Both the position numbers and the translations under genes were made by a program. The notes under the pieces were generated by a model. That model made no database searches and was not told the origin of the DNA. It was given only the letters and a program-made list of their open reading frames with translations. From Eledone cirrhosa (Eukaryota): DNA of 64,000 nucleotides. The number at the start of each line of letters is the position of its first letter. The stretch's first letter is position 1. The stretch spans positions 53,692,001 through 53,756,000 of the forward strand of contig OZ024746.1 in assembly GCA_964016885.1 (NCBI GenBank), written 5' to 3'. Positions 1 through 12,052 of the stretch are shown piece after piece.

Positions 1-2882
1 ACAGCCTCAAACAGTTAATCGACCGATCTGACCTGGCCGATAGATATCGATTAGATTTTCCGACTGTGCCACTGTGGACGTGGACTAATCGCAGCGGAAC
101 ATCTAGATCGTACCTAGATAGGGTTCTAGTTAGAAATAAGGATAGGGACATGTTAAGCTGTCCACAAATGTTCATGGTTGCCTATTCAGACCTGCATGGC
201 CAACCTTGATAGAACCCATAGACAAGGACCCGGCTACTGGAAGCTGAACTTGTCGCTACCGACAAACAAATCCTACAGTAGACGGATTAGCACGTTAGTT
301 AAACAGCACTTGACAGGGGCCATTGTCAACAACAGATGGTGGTACTCTCTCAAGAGGGCAGTTAGATTAGACTCGTTAGTTTTTAGTAAAGAATTAGCGT
401 TAGATAGAAATAGAACTGAGAAGGAACTGGTAGATAAAGTAGAAGAGGCATTTAGAAGTGGCAACGTAGCCAGGGTGCTAGCAACGAGAACGGCCTTGGA
501 CCAGTTCTTCGACGCAAAGCACGAGGGCTGCGTTGTCAGAAGCAAAATAAGTGCTCTGGGAAACGAGTGAGCCAAAGCTGTTAGCTGGGACCGAGTGACG
601 GAGGCAAAAAGTGGCAACAGTCCACGATTCGGTCTTTGAAGGACCAAAACGGACGCGTGATACGTGAGCCGAAGCAGATGTGTGCGGCCTTTCAGCGGCA
701 CTTTGCTCAACTGTTCGGGCGGGGCGGCGCGCCAGGAGGGGCTATGGATTTCGGTCCATACCTCGACGGCCTACCGCGACTCTCGGACAGCGAGGCAAAG
801 TTCTGCGAAAAGCCGATTTCAGCCGCTGAGATAGGGGACGCGCTGAGCCAATGCGGCAAACGAAAATCTCCAGGTCTCGACGGTCCACCCTATGAATTTT
901 ACGTAGCAATGCCGGACTTATTCTCCGGTCTCCTGGAAGCGGTCTACTGCAACTGGCAACAGAACGGGAGAATTCCCATTTCTGTAACCGGGGGCGTGGT
1001 CACACTAGTCAGGAAGGACGAGAATAAGGGGGATGACATAGGCAACTTCCGGCCCATAACTCTGCTAAACACAGAGTTACAGATTTTGGCCAAGGTGTTG
1101 GCAAAGAGGCTGGCACTTGTCGTCGAGAACCTGGTGGGAGAAGCGCAGACATGCGCAATCCCGACCAGGTCCATACACGACAACGTCCACCTCATGCGAT
1201 ACATCATAGAGAGGGTAGGGTGTAAACCCGGCTTCGGTGGGGCCCTGATCAACTTGGATCAGTCTAAGGCTTTCGATAGGGTTGACCATCGTTAGCTGGA
1301 TGCGCTGCTCGAGGCGGCAGGCTTCGGACCCGTGTTCAGGGTCTGGATTGTTGCAATGCACAACAGCAACATCTGCTCAAAGATCAACGTGAACGGCTAC
1401 CTCTCGGAGCCGTTCCATATTACGCGATCCATTCGACAGGGATGCCCTCTCTCCTCCCTTCTGTACGTACTGACTCTAGATCCACTACTGCGGAAGTTGG
1501 AGCTATTGCAGGGCATCCCGCTGGAACCGGGAATGCGGTCGAGCGCCTCGCAAATCGAGGAAGTCGGCACCTTACTGAAGGAATACGAGAGTTTCACAGG
1601 AGCGAAGCTGAACCGGGACAAGTCCATCGGTTTGCAACTCGGATCGTGGAGAGGCAAACCAATGCTTTCCGATGGCGTCGTCGGACGCTGGACGGAAGGA
1701 CCCGTAAAGCTGCTCGGGGTCTGGTTTGGTCCGGACCTCCAGGTGGAGAAGAACTGGAACGAAGTGTTTGCACTCACCCAGAAGTGGGTCGAGTGCAGAC
1801 TATCCTTGAAAGGTCGAGCGGAGGTGGCGAACACTTTTATAGCGTCCGCCATCTACTACCGCTTGACCGTCGTGCCTTGTCCAGCCAAAACGCTCTCCAA
1901 AATGGAGCGCGCGCTCTTCAAATTCCTTTGGAAGACGCGGGCTCCTTTGGTGAGAAGATCCATCTGCTGCCAACACCCTTCTAACGGAGGGCTGGGGATG
2001 GCGTGGTTGACGATGCGCAAACACGCGCTCAGGCTGCAGCATCTCTACGTATTTCTCACCGGACAACCGGTGTGGGCCCCATTCGTAAGGCGAGCCTTCC
2101 CACGACTCGTCTCGCTGACCGAGCTGCAGTCCTGGGTCAAGCAAAGACCGAGGAAAATGGGCGACTGGCACATCTAATGTGCTCAGGCGCTCACAGCCCT
2201 CTGGCAGGCGGACCCGGCGATCAGTGGAGACTCGACTTCGTCATTCTATAGAGGGTTGATCCGCAGCAAGTGCGACGACGCGCTCGGTGAAACTCTAGGC
2301 GTAGAGGAAGATGAACTGGCCAGTCTGTTCGGTAGGACCTTCCGCCCGGGACCGATGGACAACTTCCAAAAGTCCCTGGCCTGGCAGTGCTACCGAGGAG
2401 CTCTACCAGTTCGAGACAATCTCTACAGACATGGGCGCCCGGGCAGGGACCCTGCAAAAAAGATCTGTCCGAGGTGCGTGCGTAACGAAGAAACCGTCGC
2501 GCATGCATTCATACACTGCCCGGGCGTTACTGACCTCTGGGGCTATGTAGAACGACTATTGTCGCGGGTGGGACCAATGCAGTTGACCACCGAGTCCATT
2601 GTCATGATCAAACCCCCACCCGCCTTCAAAAACGAAGGAGAGGCGGTTTTCCTTTGTGTGATAGCTATGGCGAAAGAGGTTGTATGGTGGACAAGGTTGA
2701 AAGGGCTGAGGTCAGACACCTTTCTCTCCGGCCAACAACTGATTCTTTTTTTCAAATACCACTTTGGAAGAAGAATCAGGATGGAGAGAGAGGTGCTGTA
2801 CCCCAGCAAGTTTTATGAAAGGTGGGTGAAAGTGGCGAGAATGGCCCGAATGAATGGGCCTTCTCTCTATATCAGACTGTAG
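1..2882 (+). pseudogene. Copy A ORF2 (APE endonuclease-reverse transcriptase), disrupted
   Basis: Stops at 568-570, 1293-1295 and 2175-2177; the AYADDVTVMV catalytic segment present in copies B and C is deleted near 1537. Confidence 0.9.
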
Positions 2883-3120
2883 GTTGAGGAAAAGGAGGAG
2901 GAGAGGAAAGGAGTACAAACTCTTCGTACTCCTGGAGATGAGGGTTTCACATTTTTTCGGGGGTATGTGTTACCCATATGAACTGTCTCCCCCTATTGGG
3001 GAAAATCGACTAATTTTTTAAATTGCATTTGTGATAACATTTTACACGTTTTTATTGTATGTAAACTTCCCCCTTTGTATTTGTCCCCTTCTTTTGTGCC
3101 CCTGTGGCTAATAAAGAAAC
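1..3120 (+). mobile_element. Tx1/L1-clade non-LTR retrotransposon, copy A (5' part outside window), defective
   Basis: ORF2 fragments with the end of the APE domain (SYLDR), GPGYWKLN, KSPGLDG, NFRPITLLN, LDQSKAFDRV, SIRQGCPLS and a C-terminal CPRC...H...C; 3' UTR ends AATAAAGAAAC followed by ATATCTATCT. Confidence 0.93.
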
Positions 3121-3442
3121 ATATCTATCTCTCTTTCTGCTTGACGCGTGGAACATCGCCGGTAAGCTTTTTTGTTAATTTCTATGCAAAAAACCAAACT
3201 AATTGTTTGAAAAAACATAACACTTTGTAGATTAACCCCAAGCTGAATTGTCAGCTGGGCGGTAATCCCATTTTTCGCCCCTGTAGGGGCAAAATTTTAT
3301 TTTAAAAATTTGTTTTAAAATATCATATTTTACAAACTAAATAACTTGACCAACACAAGAACGCCGGAGAACGTTAATAGAGAAAAGTGAGAGGACGTCG
3401 CCATAGATACAAGTGTCAACAAAGAGAAAAATATATTAACAC

Positions 3443-5164
3443 TTGAAAATTTTAAAATTTCTACCGTCGAAGCGGAGAAAAATAACAATAACACAGGAAA
3501 ACACAGGAATTAAACCCATTAACATACATACACATGAAAAAGACATAAACAACTCTACAGATACATATACACATAATGTTTCACCTCGACAAGGAACTGA
3601 GATTTCCAACAACGATAACAACAACAGCAACACCACACAAAAAAAGAAAATGTCTTTCGCTGAAACAGTGAACAAAAAACAAGATTTTATAAATCTTGAT
3701 ATCTCTAACGCAAGAGATAAGCTCCAGCAAGGGAGAAAATTCGTAACTTTCGAAGAAAGAGGTGGGTTTAGAATTAACTCAGCCCTTAAAATAAAGGAAG
3801 AAACAATCCGCAGATCAGTCACTTTTAGGACTGTGTCAAATTCCACAAGAAAGCCGACATTTGTTCACCAAGCAGATATAGAAGATACTTTCAAGGAAAT
3901 TCTAGCAAATGTCGATTTTCTCCAGCGAGGAAAACAGTACGGAAGTGTTTCCGTACTGTTTAAAAGCGAGGCACTCGCCCCAAAAAACTCTGTGACACCA
4001 ATGGTGTCAAAAGCATACACCTTTTTCCCTACATACATGGGAAAAAGGACACAAAAACTAAAACTAAAAAACATACCTCCAAACATTAACATATGGTGGA
4101 TCTTGGCTGGCTTCGTAGAGCCAGAAACTGATATGATACTTTCAATACGAAAATCTATTCGACAAAGGTGGGCGGGCACAGATTTGGAGATTCTGTTGCA
4201 AATGAAACCGGAGAGAATCTCCAAAATACCCGAAAGAGTCGTTATTGATAATAACAACAGAATAAACATTTCGGTAGAAGGACGAATATTTCATTGCTTT
4301 CGCTGTGGTAGCACAGCTCACCTAAAAGCCTCTTGTCCACAAACACACAACAACATCATAAAAAAAACGCTATTACCAACACCAACACCAAAACAACCAC
4401 CACCATCACCACAAGTACAACGACAGACGAAACGAGCAACCACACCAAAACAAACAGACACTCAACCAACAACAACAGAAAAAACAGAGACAACACCCCT
4501 GAAGAACACAGCCCCACTCCATCCCACTCCATCAAACACTACCACAAACACACATACCGAAACACCACCACCGCACAACATACCCTTACCCCACACACCT
4601 GACGATGATTATTCATCGGCGGATGAAGCTGCTTCTTCTTTAAGTGAAGAAGACGGAGAACCGCGGAAATCTAAAAAACAAAAAAAGAGACACCACAAAA
4701 CCCCCAAACTCCAATCACCAACACCAACACACAACCACAGACACAAACAACAACACAAACAACACCACAGTCAAACATCCCCCTATCAGCAAAACCAGCA
4801 CCAACACCACCCCAAACACAAGCACCCACCATAAAAAGAAAACTCCCGGACGAACAACAAACTAAAACAACACAACAAAAACACAAACAACAAGAGTTTG
4901 ATGGAGGTCATCTCCCAAAACCCCAAGGTGGAGACGGAGGGAAAAACTTTCGTCAAGGCAGAATCGTCTCCACACCTTAAACTTATAAGGGTTTCTATGG
5001 AAACCTATAAAGACCTAAAAAATAAATGTTCACAGGACGTGGGCAACCCCTGCCACAAACCCATCAACCGCGTCCTGTTAAAATGTTTCCCCACCCCACC
5101 CAACACCCCATCCAGCACCCAAATGGAGATTGAACAACCCGATCTCCAGGAAACGAAAAGGTAA
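3443..5164 (+). pseudogene. Copy B ORF1 (gag-like, CCHC zinc knuckle, Pro/Thr-rich region)
   Basis: CFRCGSTAHLKASC = CX2CX4HX4C; homologous to copy C ORF1 (PTYMGKRTQ/PSYMGKRTQ, QMKPERI, INISVEGR, KPINRVLLK); interrupted near 4832; start codon uncertain. Confidence 0.85.
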
Positions 5165-5205
5165 GTGCACCTTTCGTCCTTTTTCTCCAACTTTTCTTCA
5201 CCAAA

Positions 5206-8200
5206 ATGGCTAGTTTACGAGTTGGAACCGTGAATGTGCGTGGCCTAGGGATGCCCTGAAAACAGGGCTAACTTTTAAACGACCTTAGGTCACACAGTAT
5301 GGATGTGATAGCCATCACCGAGTCCAGAATCCACAACAGGCAGCAACTAACCCCCATCTTTGACGACTTTGAGATCTACGCATCTCTCTGTCAGCCAGGA
5401 GGTGGAGGTGGAGTGGCTGTCATGTTTCGGAAGAACCTGGACGTCGGAGTACAGCAAGTACACTTGGACCCGGAGGGTAGACTGGTAGTCCTAGACGTGA
5501 ACAGTATCGGAGGTGGAGCCTTCAGACTGGTGGCCGTTTATGCCCCGACCGGGCAATCGCAATCACGGCCAGACTTCTTTAAGCGTATAGAGTCTTTTCT
5601 GGGAACGTCTCGCTTCTTACTTATAGTGGGGGACTGGAATGGTATGCTAGATGCACGATGGGACTATGTGGGAGCGGGGTGCAACAGCCTCAAAACTTTA
5701 ATCGGCCAATTCCAACTGGCCGATAGGTATCGACTGGATTTCCCGACTGCACCACAGTGGACGTGGGCAAACCGCAGTGGGACATCTAGATCGTATTTAG
5801 ATAGGTTCTTCATTAGAGAAAGGGACAAGGAGATGTTAAGCTGTCCACGAATGCACATGGTTGCCTATTCAGATCACAAGTTAGTCGTCTGCTTAGTCAA
5901 CCGTGATAGAATACATAGACAGGGTCTCGGATACTGGAAGCTGAACGTGTCGTTGCCGGCACGTAAAGCTTACAGTGGTCGGATAAGTAGACTAGTCAAA
6001 CAACAGTTAACGAGAACCATCAGAAACAATAGATGGTGGTACTCTCTCAAGAAAGCAATTAGAATAGAATCGATAGGGTATAGCAGAGAGTTAGCCTTAG
6101 ACAAAAACAGAATAGAAAGAGAACTAGTAGCCAAGGTAGAGGAGGCACTTAGAAGTGGCAACGCGACTAGAGTGTTAGAGTCGAAAACGGCACTGGACCA
6201 GTTCTTCGATGCGAAACACGAAGGCTGCGTGGTCAGAAGTAAAACACGTGCTCTAGGAAACGAAGGAGCGAAAGCTGTCAGCTGGGCCCGAGTGGCGGAG
6301 GCAAAAAGTGGCAACAAGTCTACGATTCGTTCTTTGAAAGACCAAAACGGACGCGTGCTACTTGACCCCAAGCAAATGTGCGCGGCCTTTCAGCGGCACT
6401 TTGCGCGACTGTTTGAGCAGAACGACGGTGAGCCAAACGGGGCAATGGACTTTAGTTCATACCTCGACGGCCTGCCGCGTCTCTCGAACACGGACGCCGA
6501 ATTCTGCGAAAGACCGATCACGGACACTGAGATACGGGACGCTCTGGGCCGCTGCGGGAAACGCAAGTCACCCGGTCTAGATGGTCTACCCTACGAGTTT
6601 TACATAGGCATGCTGGACTTGTTCTCTGGCGTCCTCGAAGCCGTCTACTGCAATTGGCAGCAGAACGGGAGAATTCCCAGTTTTGCAGGCAAGGGCGTAG
6701 TAACGCTGATCAGGAAAAACGAGAATAAGGCGGACGAAATTAACAACTTCAGGCCCATAACTCTGCTCAACACAGAGTTAAAGATTTTGGCCAAGGTGCT
6801 AGCGACGATGTTGGCGCTTGTCGTCGAGAACCTGGTAGGGAAAGCGCAAACGCGTGCAATCCCGACCAGGTCCATACACGACAACCTCCACCTCATGCGA
6901 TACATCATAGAGAGGGTGGGTAGTAAACCCGGCTTCGGTGGGGCTCTGATCAACTTGGATCAGTCTAAGGCATTCGATAGGGTCGACCATCGATACTTGG
7001 AAGCGGTTCTCAAGGCGGCCGGTTTCGGTCCCGTGTTCAGAGGATGGATCGAGGTGATGCACACCAGCATCTGCTCGAGGGTCAAGGTGAACGGCTACCT
7101 ATCGGAGCCGTTCGCAATCACGCGTTCCATTCGACAGGGGCGCTCTCTCTCCTCCATTCTGTATGTATTGACTCTAGAGCCACTACTGCGGAAATTGGAG
7201 CTGTTGCAGGGCATCCCTCTAGAACCGGGACTGCGTAAAGCGGCGTTGGCTTATGCCGACGACGTTACGGTAATGGTGTCGAGCACCTCGGAAATCGGGG
7301 TGATCGGCAACTTACTGAAAGAATACGAAACGGTGACGGGAGCAAAACTAAACCCGGACAAGTCTGTCGGTTTGCAACTCGGTACGTGGAGAGGCAAACC
7401 GATGACATCCGACAGCGTCGTTGGACGCTGGACGGACGGACAGGTGAAATTGTTCGGGGGTCTGGTTCGGTCCAGACCTCCAGGTGGAGAGAAACTGGAA
7501 CGAGGTCACGGCCAAGGTGTTTGCACTCACCCAGAAGTGAGCAGAGTGCAAACTGTCCTTGAAAGGTCGAGCAGAGGTCGCGAACACTTTCATAGCGTCC
7601 GTCATCTACTACCGCATGACTGTCGTGCCTTGTCCCCGTGAACACCTCGCCAAGATGGAACGCATGCTCTTCCAGTTTCTGTGGAAGAAGCAGGCTCCGC
7701 TGGTGAGGAGATCCGTCTGCTATCAGCACCCTTCCAACGGAGGGCTGGAAATGCCGTGGCTGATGATGCGCAAACATGCGCTGAGGCTGCGGCAACTCCA
7801 GGTATTTCTCACCGACCCCCAACCGGTGTGGGCACCGTTTGTGAGACAGGCTTTCCCACAGCTCGTCTCGCTGACGGAGCTGCAGTCCTGGGTGAAGAAA
7901 AGACCGAAAACGATGGGCGCCTGGCACATTGAATGCGCTCAGGCGCTCACAGTCCACTGGCAAGCGGGCGCAGCAACCAGTGGAGACTCCACTTCGACAT
8001 TCTATAGAGGGATTGTACATTACAAGGGCGACGACGTGCTCGGAGAGACTGTGGGCGTCGAAGACGATGAGCTCACCAGTCTATTTGGTAGGACTTTCCT
8101 CCCGGGACATATGGACAATCTCCAGAGGTCCTTGGCTTGGTAGTGCTACCGAGGAGCTCTACCGGTTCGTGACAAGATCTACAGGCACGGACGCCCCGAC

Positions 8201-8631
8201 AGGGATCCTTCCAAGAGGACGTGTCCAAGATGGGCGCAGGACATTGAAACAGTCCTGCACGCAATTGTACACTGCCCGGGCGTAACTGACCTGTGGAACT
8301 ATGCAGAACAACTGCTGTCGCGTATGGGACAAATCCAGTTGACTGCCGAGTAAGGATCAAACCGCCAGCCTCTTTCAAAAACGAAAGAGAGGCGGTTTTC
8401 CTCTGTACGGTGGCTATGGTGAAAGAAGTTATATGGTGGACGAGGTTGAGAAGACTGAGAACAGATGCCTTTCTCTCCGGACAACAATTGATTCCCTTCT
8501 TTAAGTATCACTTTAGAAGGAGAATCAGGGTGGAGAGAGAGGCACTGCACCCCAGTAAATTTACTGAAAGGTGGGTGAATGAAGCAAAAATGGCCCGAGT
8601 GATTGGGCCTTCTCTGTTTATAAGCCTGTAG
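5206..8631 (+). pseudogene. Copy B ORF2 (APE-RT-CCHC), disrupted
   Basis: ATG at 5206 (MASLRVGTVNVRG) with two early stops; VYAP, GDWN, SDH and AYADD motifs; frameshift near 7455 and further stops. Confidence 0.9.
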
Positions 8632-8964
8632 GTAGAGGAAGAGAGCAAAAGGAAGAAAGGAGCACTTGCACAACACGCTCCTGGAGTTGAGGGTTGTTCT
8701 ATCGACAGGGTATTAAACAACCCATTTGTAGCCCCCCCCCCCCCCTATTGGGGATTTCGATTGTTGTAATTGTTTGTTTTTTATATTTTTTACCTGACTG
8801 TATGTATAATCCCCTGCATGTCTTTGTTTTGTCCGCTTTTCTTGTGCGCCCTTGTGGCTAATAAATAAATATATCTATCTATCTATCTCTCTATTTATTA
8901 TTTTGTTCTTCTTCAAGGGAATTCAAAATAGCTATACTGTACTCTTTTATGGGGGAAGATTTAC

Positions 8965-8987
8965 GTACACACACACAAGTGCGCGCG

Positions 8988-9076
<89 letters not shown>

Positions 9077-9140
9077 ACATATATATATATGAATATATGT
9101 ATTATGTATTCCCGTAGAAAAGCTAAAGGAAAGAAGAGTG

Positions 9141-9196
<56 letters not shown>

Positions 9197-9220
9197 AGAG
9201 AGAGAGATAGAGAGAGAGAA
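8965..9220. repeat. Compound (CA)n/(CT)n/(TA)n/(GA)n microsatellites
   Basis: Direct reading. Confidence 0.95.
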
Positions 9221-9596
9221 TAGAGATTAGGTAGATAGATAAGGATTAAAAGAAAGAGAAAGTGGATAAAGAGGACTAGATCGAAAGACAGACATATAGA
9301 GCTGGGGAATGTTGGGTATCGATGTTATTTTATATGTAGATCTATTTGCAAGGGAACGTAAATTTGAATTTCTGCCATAGACGTAGTTTGTGCGGAATTA
9401 AATTTCTAAAGTAAATTTCCAGTCCTGCCTTCTGTTGGTATTTTAATGAATAATTAACTCTGTTCTTGCATCAGCCACGGGATACCACATCTACAATGGA
9501 TGATTTGTATAACGTTGAGTGCTTTACTTAATCTATTGCATCCTCGCTAACCAACCGGAACCGCCAGTATACTAATTGGTAAACAACCTAACATAA

Positions 9597-9629
<33 letters not shown>

Positions 9630-9632
<3 letters not shown>

Positions 9633-10432
9633 GTAGTTCAAGTTTGGTATAAATATCCATGTGTTTCGAGCATTCAGTCTATAGGACTAGTTAAGTATAA
9701 TTAGTTACAACACTGACTGGTACAGGTACTTAAGTTTCATTGGGTTATATACCCCATTGGGATATATTAAGCAGAAGTAACCTACGTGTATATCAAACCG
9801 AGGCCTGGATTTATGTAGGAATGTCTGAGAGGCGGCCGAAATCCGTTTCCTGAACCACGAAACAACCTTCAATCATCATGACAAAGATCATACTACTCAG
9901 CTCATCAACCATATGTGGCATCTTAAAAGTAACGACACAGCGTTCTCCTTTAAATGGAAGATACTGGAAAAATCCACCACCTACGTCAATGGGACGAAAT
10001 TTTGCCAGCTGTGAACTCGGAGATGTGGAACATACTCTCACAACTGGCTTCAGGAAATCGCTGCTTAAATACGCGCCGCGGCTGCTTCATTCGCTGTCCT
10101 CATGAAGCAAAATTTGCTCTGAAAATGGTCTAGACTGGATTAATTGAATTTATTTTCTTCTACATTTCAACGTAGCCCCTGGGCTCCATGTTAAGAGTTT
10201 ACCTCGCTTTTCACATACATTGATAATTACATTCCTTTTCACATACATTATTTCAGGTATTTGTCTATTTATAGATAATGTCGGGATTACCTAGCCTTAG
10301 GACTCACCTATACTTTCTAAATTCTCTATGGTGGGAAGCTATTTCTTATTTTACGACAGGCTGAATGAGTTGAATTATATAACCCAACGAAACTTAAATA
10401 CCTGTGTGTATCACAGTTGAAACTAATTATAT
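9630..10432 (+). mobile_element. Degenerate PLE 3' fragment (GIY-YIG remnant + 3' UTR) with an inverted truncated end
   Basis: 9760-10133 translates, with breaks, to IY.AEV...WIYVGMSE...RFLNH...WKILEKSTTYVNGTKFCQL...LNTRR...CPH, homologous to the EN of the 13175 ORF; 9697-9750 is an imperfect inverted copy of 10376-10430. Confidence 0.75.
10356..10405 (+). ncRNA. Type I hammerhead-like motif with variant core CUGAAUGA
   Basis: Stem I ACAGG/CCTGT, stem II GTTG/CAAC, GAAACTTAAATA (GAAACTTAAGTA in the inverted copy). Confidence 0.65.
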
Positions 10433-10450
10433 ATGTAATATATATATATA

Positions 10451-10690
10451 TAACGAAGGAAATGTGGTAAGGAACCAGATGGACCATAACACACCAAAGT
10501 ACTCAATACTTAGTGTAGTAGAGTGGGTAATAGGAACAAGTATGACCTCGACGGCAGAGCTCAAGCCGTTTCGACGGCTAATTCTGGACTAAATAAGAAT
10601 TTTTACCAGGCTAAAAATTCTTATTTAGTCCAGAATTAGCCGTCGAAACGGCTTGAGCTCTGCCGTCGGGGTCATACTTGTTTCTATATA
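10451..10690. mobile_element. Fold-back PLE-like end in (TA)n, family F1
   Basis: Arms of ~78 bp (about 10529-10606 and 10613-10688) plus a one-sided ~80-bp extension; same family at 30558, 36305, 38168 and 61276. Confidence 0.75.
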
Positions 10691-10715
10691 TATATATATA
10701 TATATACATATATAA

Positions 10716-11011
<296 letters not shown>

Positions 11012-11359
11012 GAAGAAATTAGCAAAACAAACAGAAAGAACAAGACAGTGAACGAAACATTTTTTTTTTAAAGGGGAAACCTTAAACGAATGTCACAGAA
11101 CTCCAGGTTCACTGGCTGTTGAGATGGACTATCAACAATACAGCTGTTTCACCCATGGTCACAGCGTCTGACACAAGTGAAAGTGCTGTCCTATGGTGTA
11201 AGAGACGTGACAAAATAGCAACTTATAGCAATGAAACTGTGACAAGTATGCATAGACATGTGACCCATTGAAATTAATGTATATATATAATCAAGGTTTA
11301 GCAAATAGAGAAAAAGTTTTTAAATACATTTAAAAAAGTTTACTGTACCTACTATATTT

Positions 11360-11443
11360 ACCCTTACCGCGCGGTTTCAAGTCTCAAAATAAATGGATAA
11401 TCCATGCGGAAATCCATTGAGAAGAAGACTTTCGTCAGAGGGT
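11360..11443 (-). ncRNA. Type I hammerhead ribozyme motif in a PLE-like fragment (11283-11787)
   Basis: Minus strand: ACCCT-CTGACGA-AAGTCT...AGACTT-GAAA-CCGCGCGG-TA-AGGGT; palindromic stem III, GUA site. Confidence 0.82.
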
Positions 11444-11781
11444 TCTTCTCACTCGGAGAATATAAAATTCCCGAGTTCAAATCACGAACTGGTGCCATAC
11501 AGAACTGTTCCCAGATGAGAGTGTATGATGAAAAAAAAAAAATCTTGTCTAGTGCCGTGTGTAAAAATAGAAGGCAAGGGCGGAAAGGTCAATGTCGTGC
11601 CACTAGAAATAGCAGCAGTTAAAACGACCAAAATGTTATCTCGACCAGGGGAGATTAAGTATGTTTTCCTACATGCAAAAAATGCATATAGGGACACATG
11701 TATTATCCAACCGTATACCTATGTGGTTCTATGGCAGGTTAATAAATTAATAAATTAACGAGCCAGAACATATATAATCAA

Positions 11782-11856
<75 letters not shown>

Positions 11857-12052
11857 ATATTATATATGTATGTATATATTATATATGTATATATATATTA
11901 TATATGTATATATATATTATATATATATATATGTATATATTATATGTGTATGTATATATTATATGTATATATTATATGTATATATATATATTATAAGTGT
12001 ATATATATATATATATATATGTAGATAAATCTACCAAGAGTTTACGGTAGTG

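Larger units (their letters stand above)
3131..8870 (+). mobile_element. Tx1/L1-clade retrotransposon, copy B, full-length but degenerate, directly behind copy A
   Basis: 5' UTR, ORF1, ORF2 and 3' UTR with AATAAA; flanked by ATATCTATCT at 3121-3130 and 8871-8880. Confidence 0.92.

Noticed and set aside
3241-3256. CTGAA motif in Tx1 5' UTRs as a hammerhead core
   Set aside because: It is paired in a hairpin and lacks CUGANGA/GAAA topology
10012-10014. TGA at a conserved Cys (CxLC) suggesting selenocysteine as in some Naiad PLEs
   Set aside because: The remnant has other stops and frameshifts, its other Cys codons are normal, and no SECIS was seen
11130-11280. Minus-strand GAAACAGCTGTA half-hammerhead
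   Set aside because: No matching CUGANGA or stem I partner found; at most a truncated remnant
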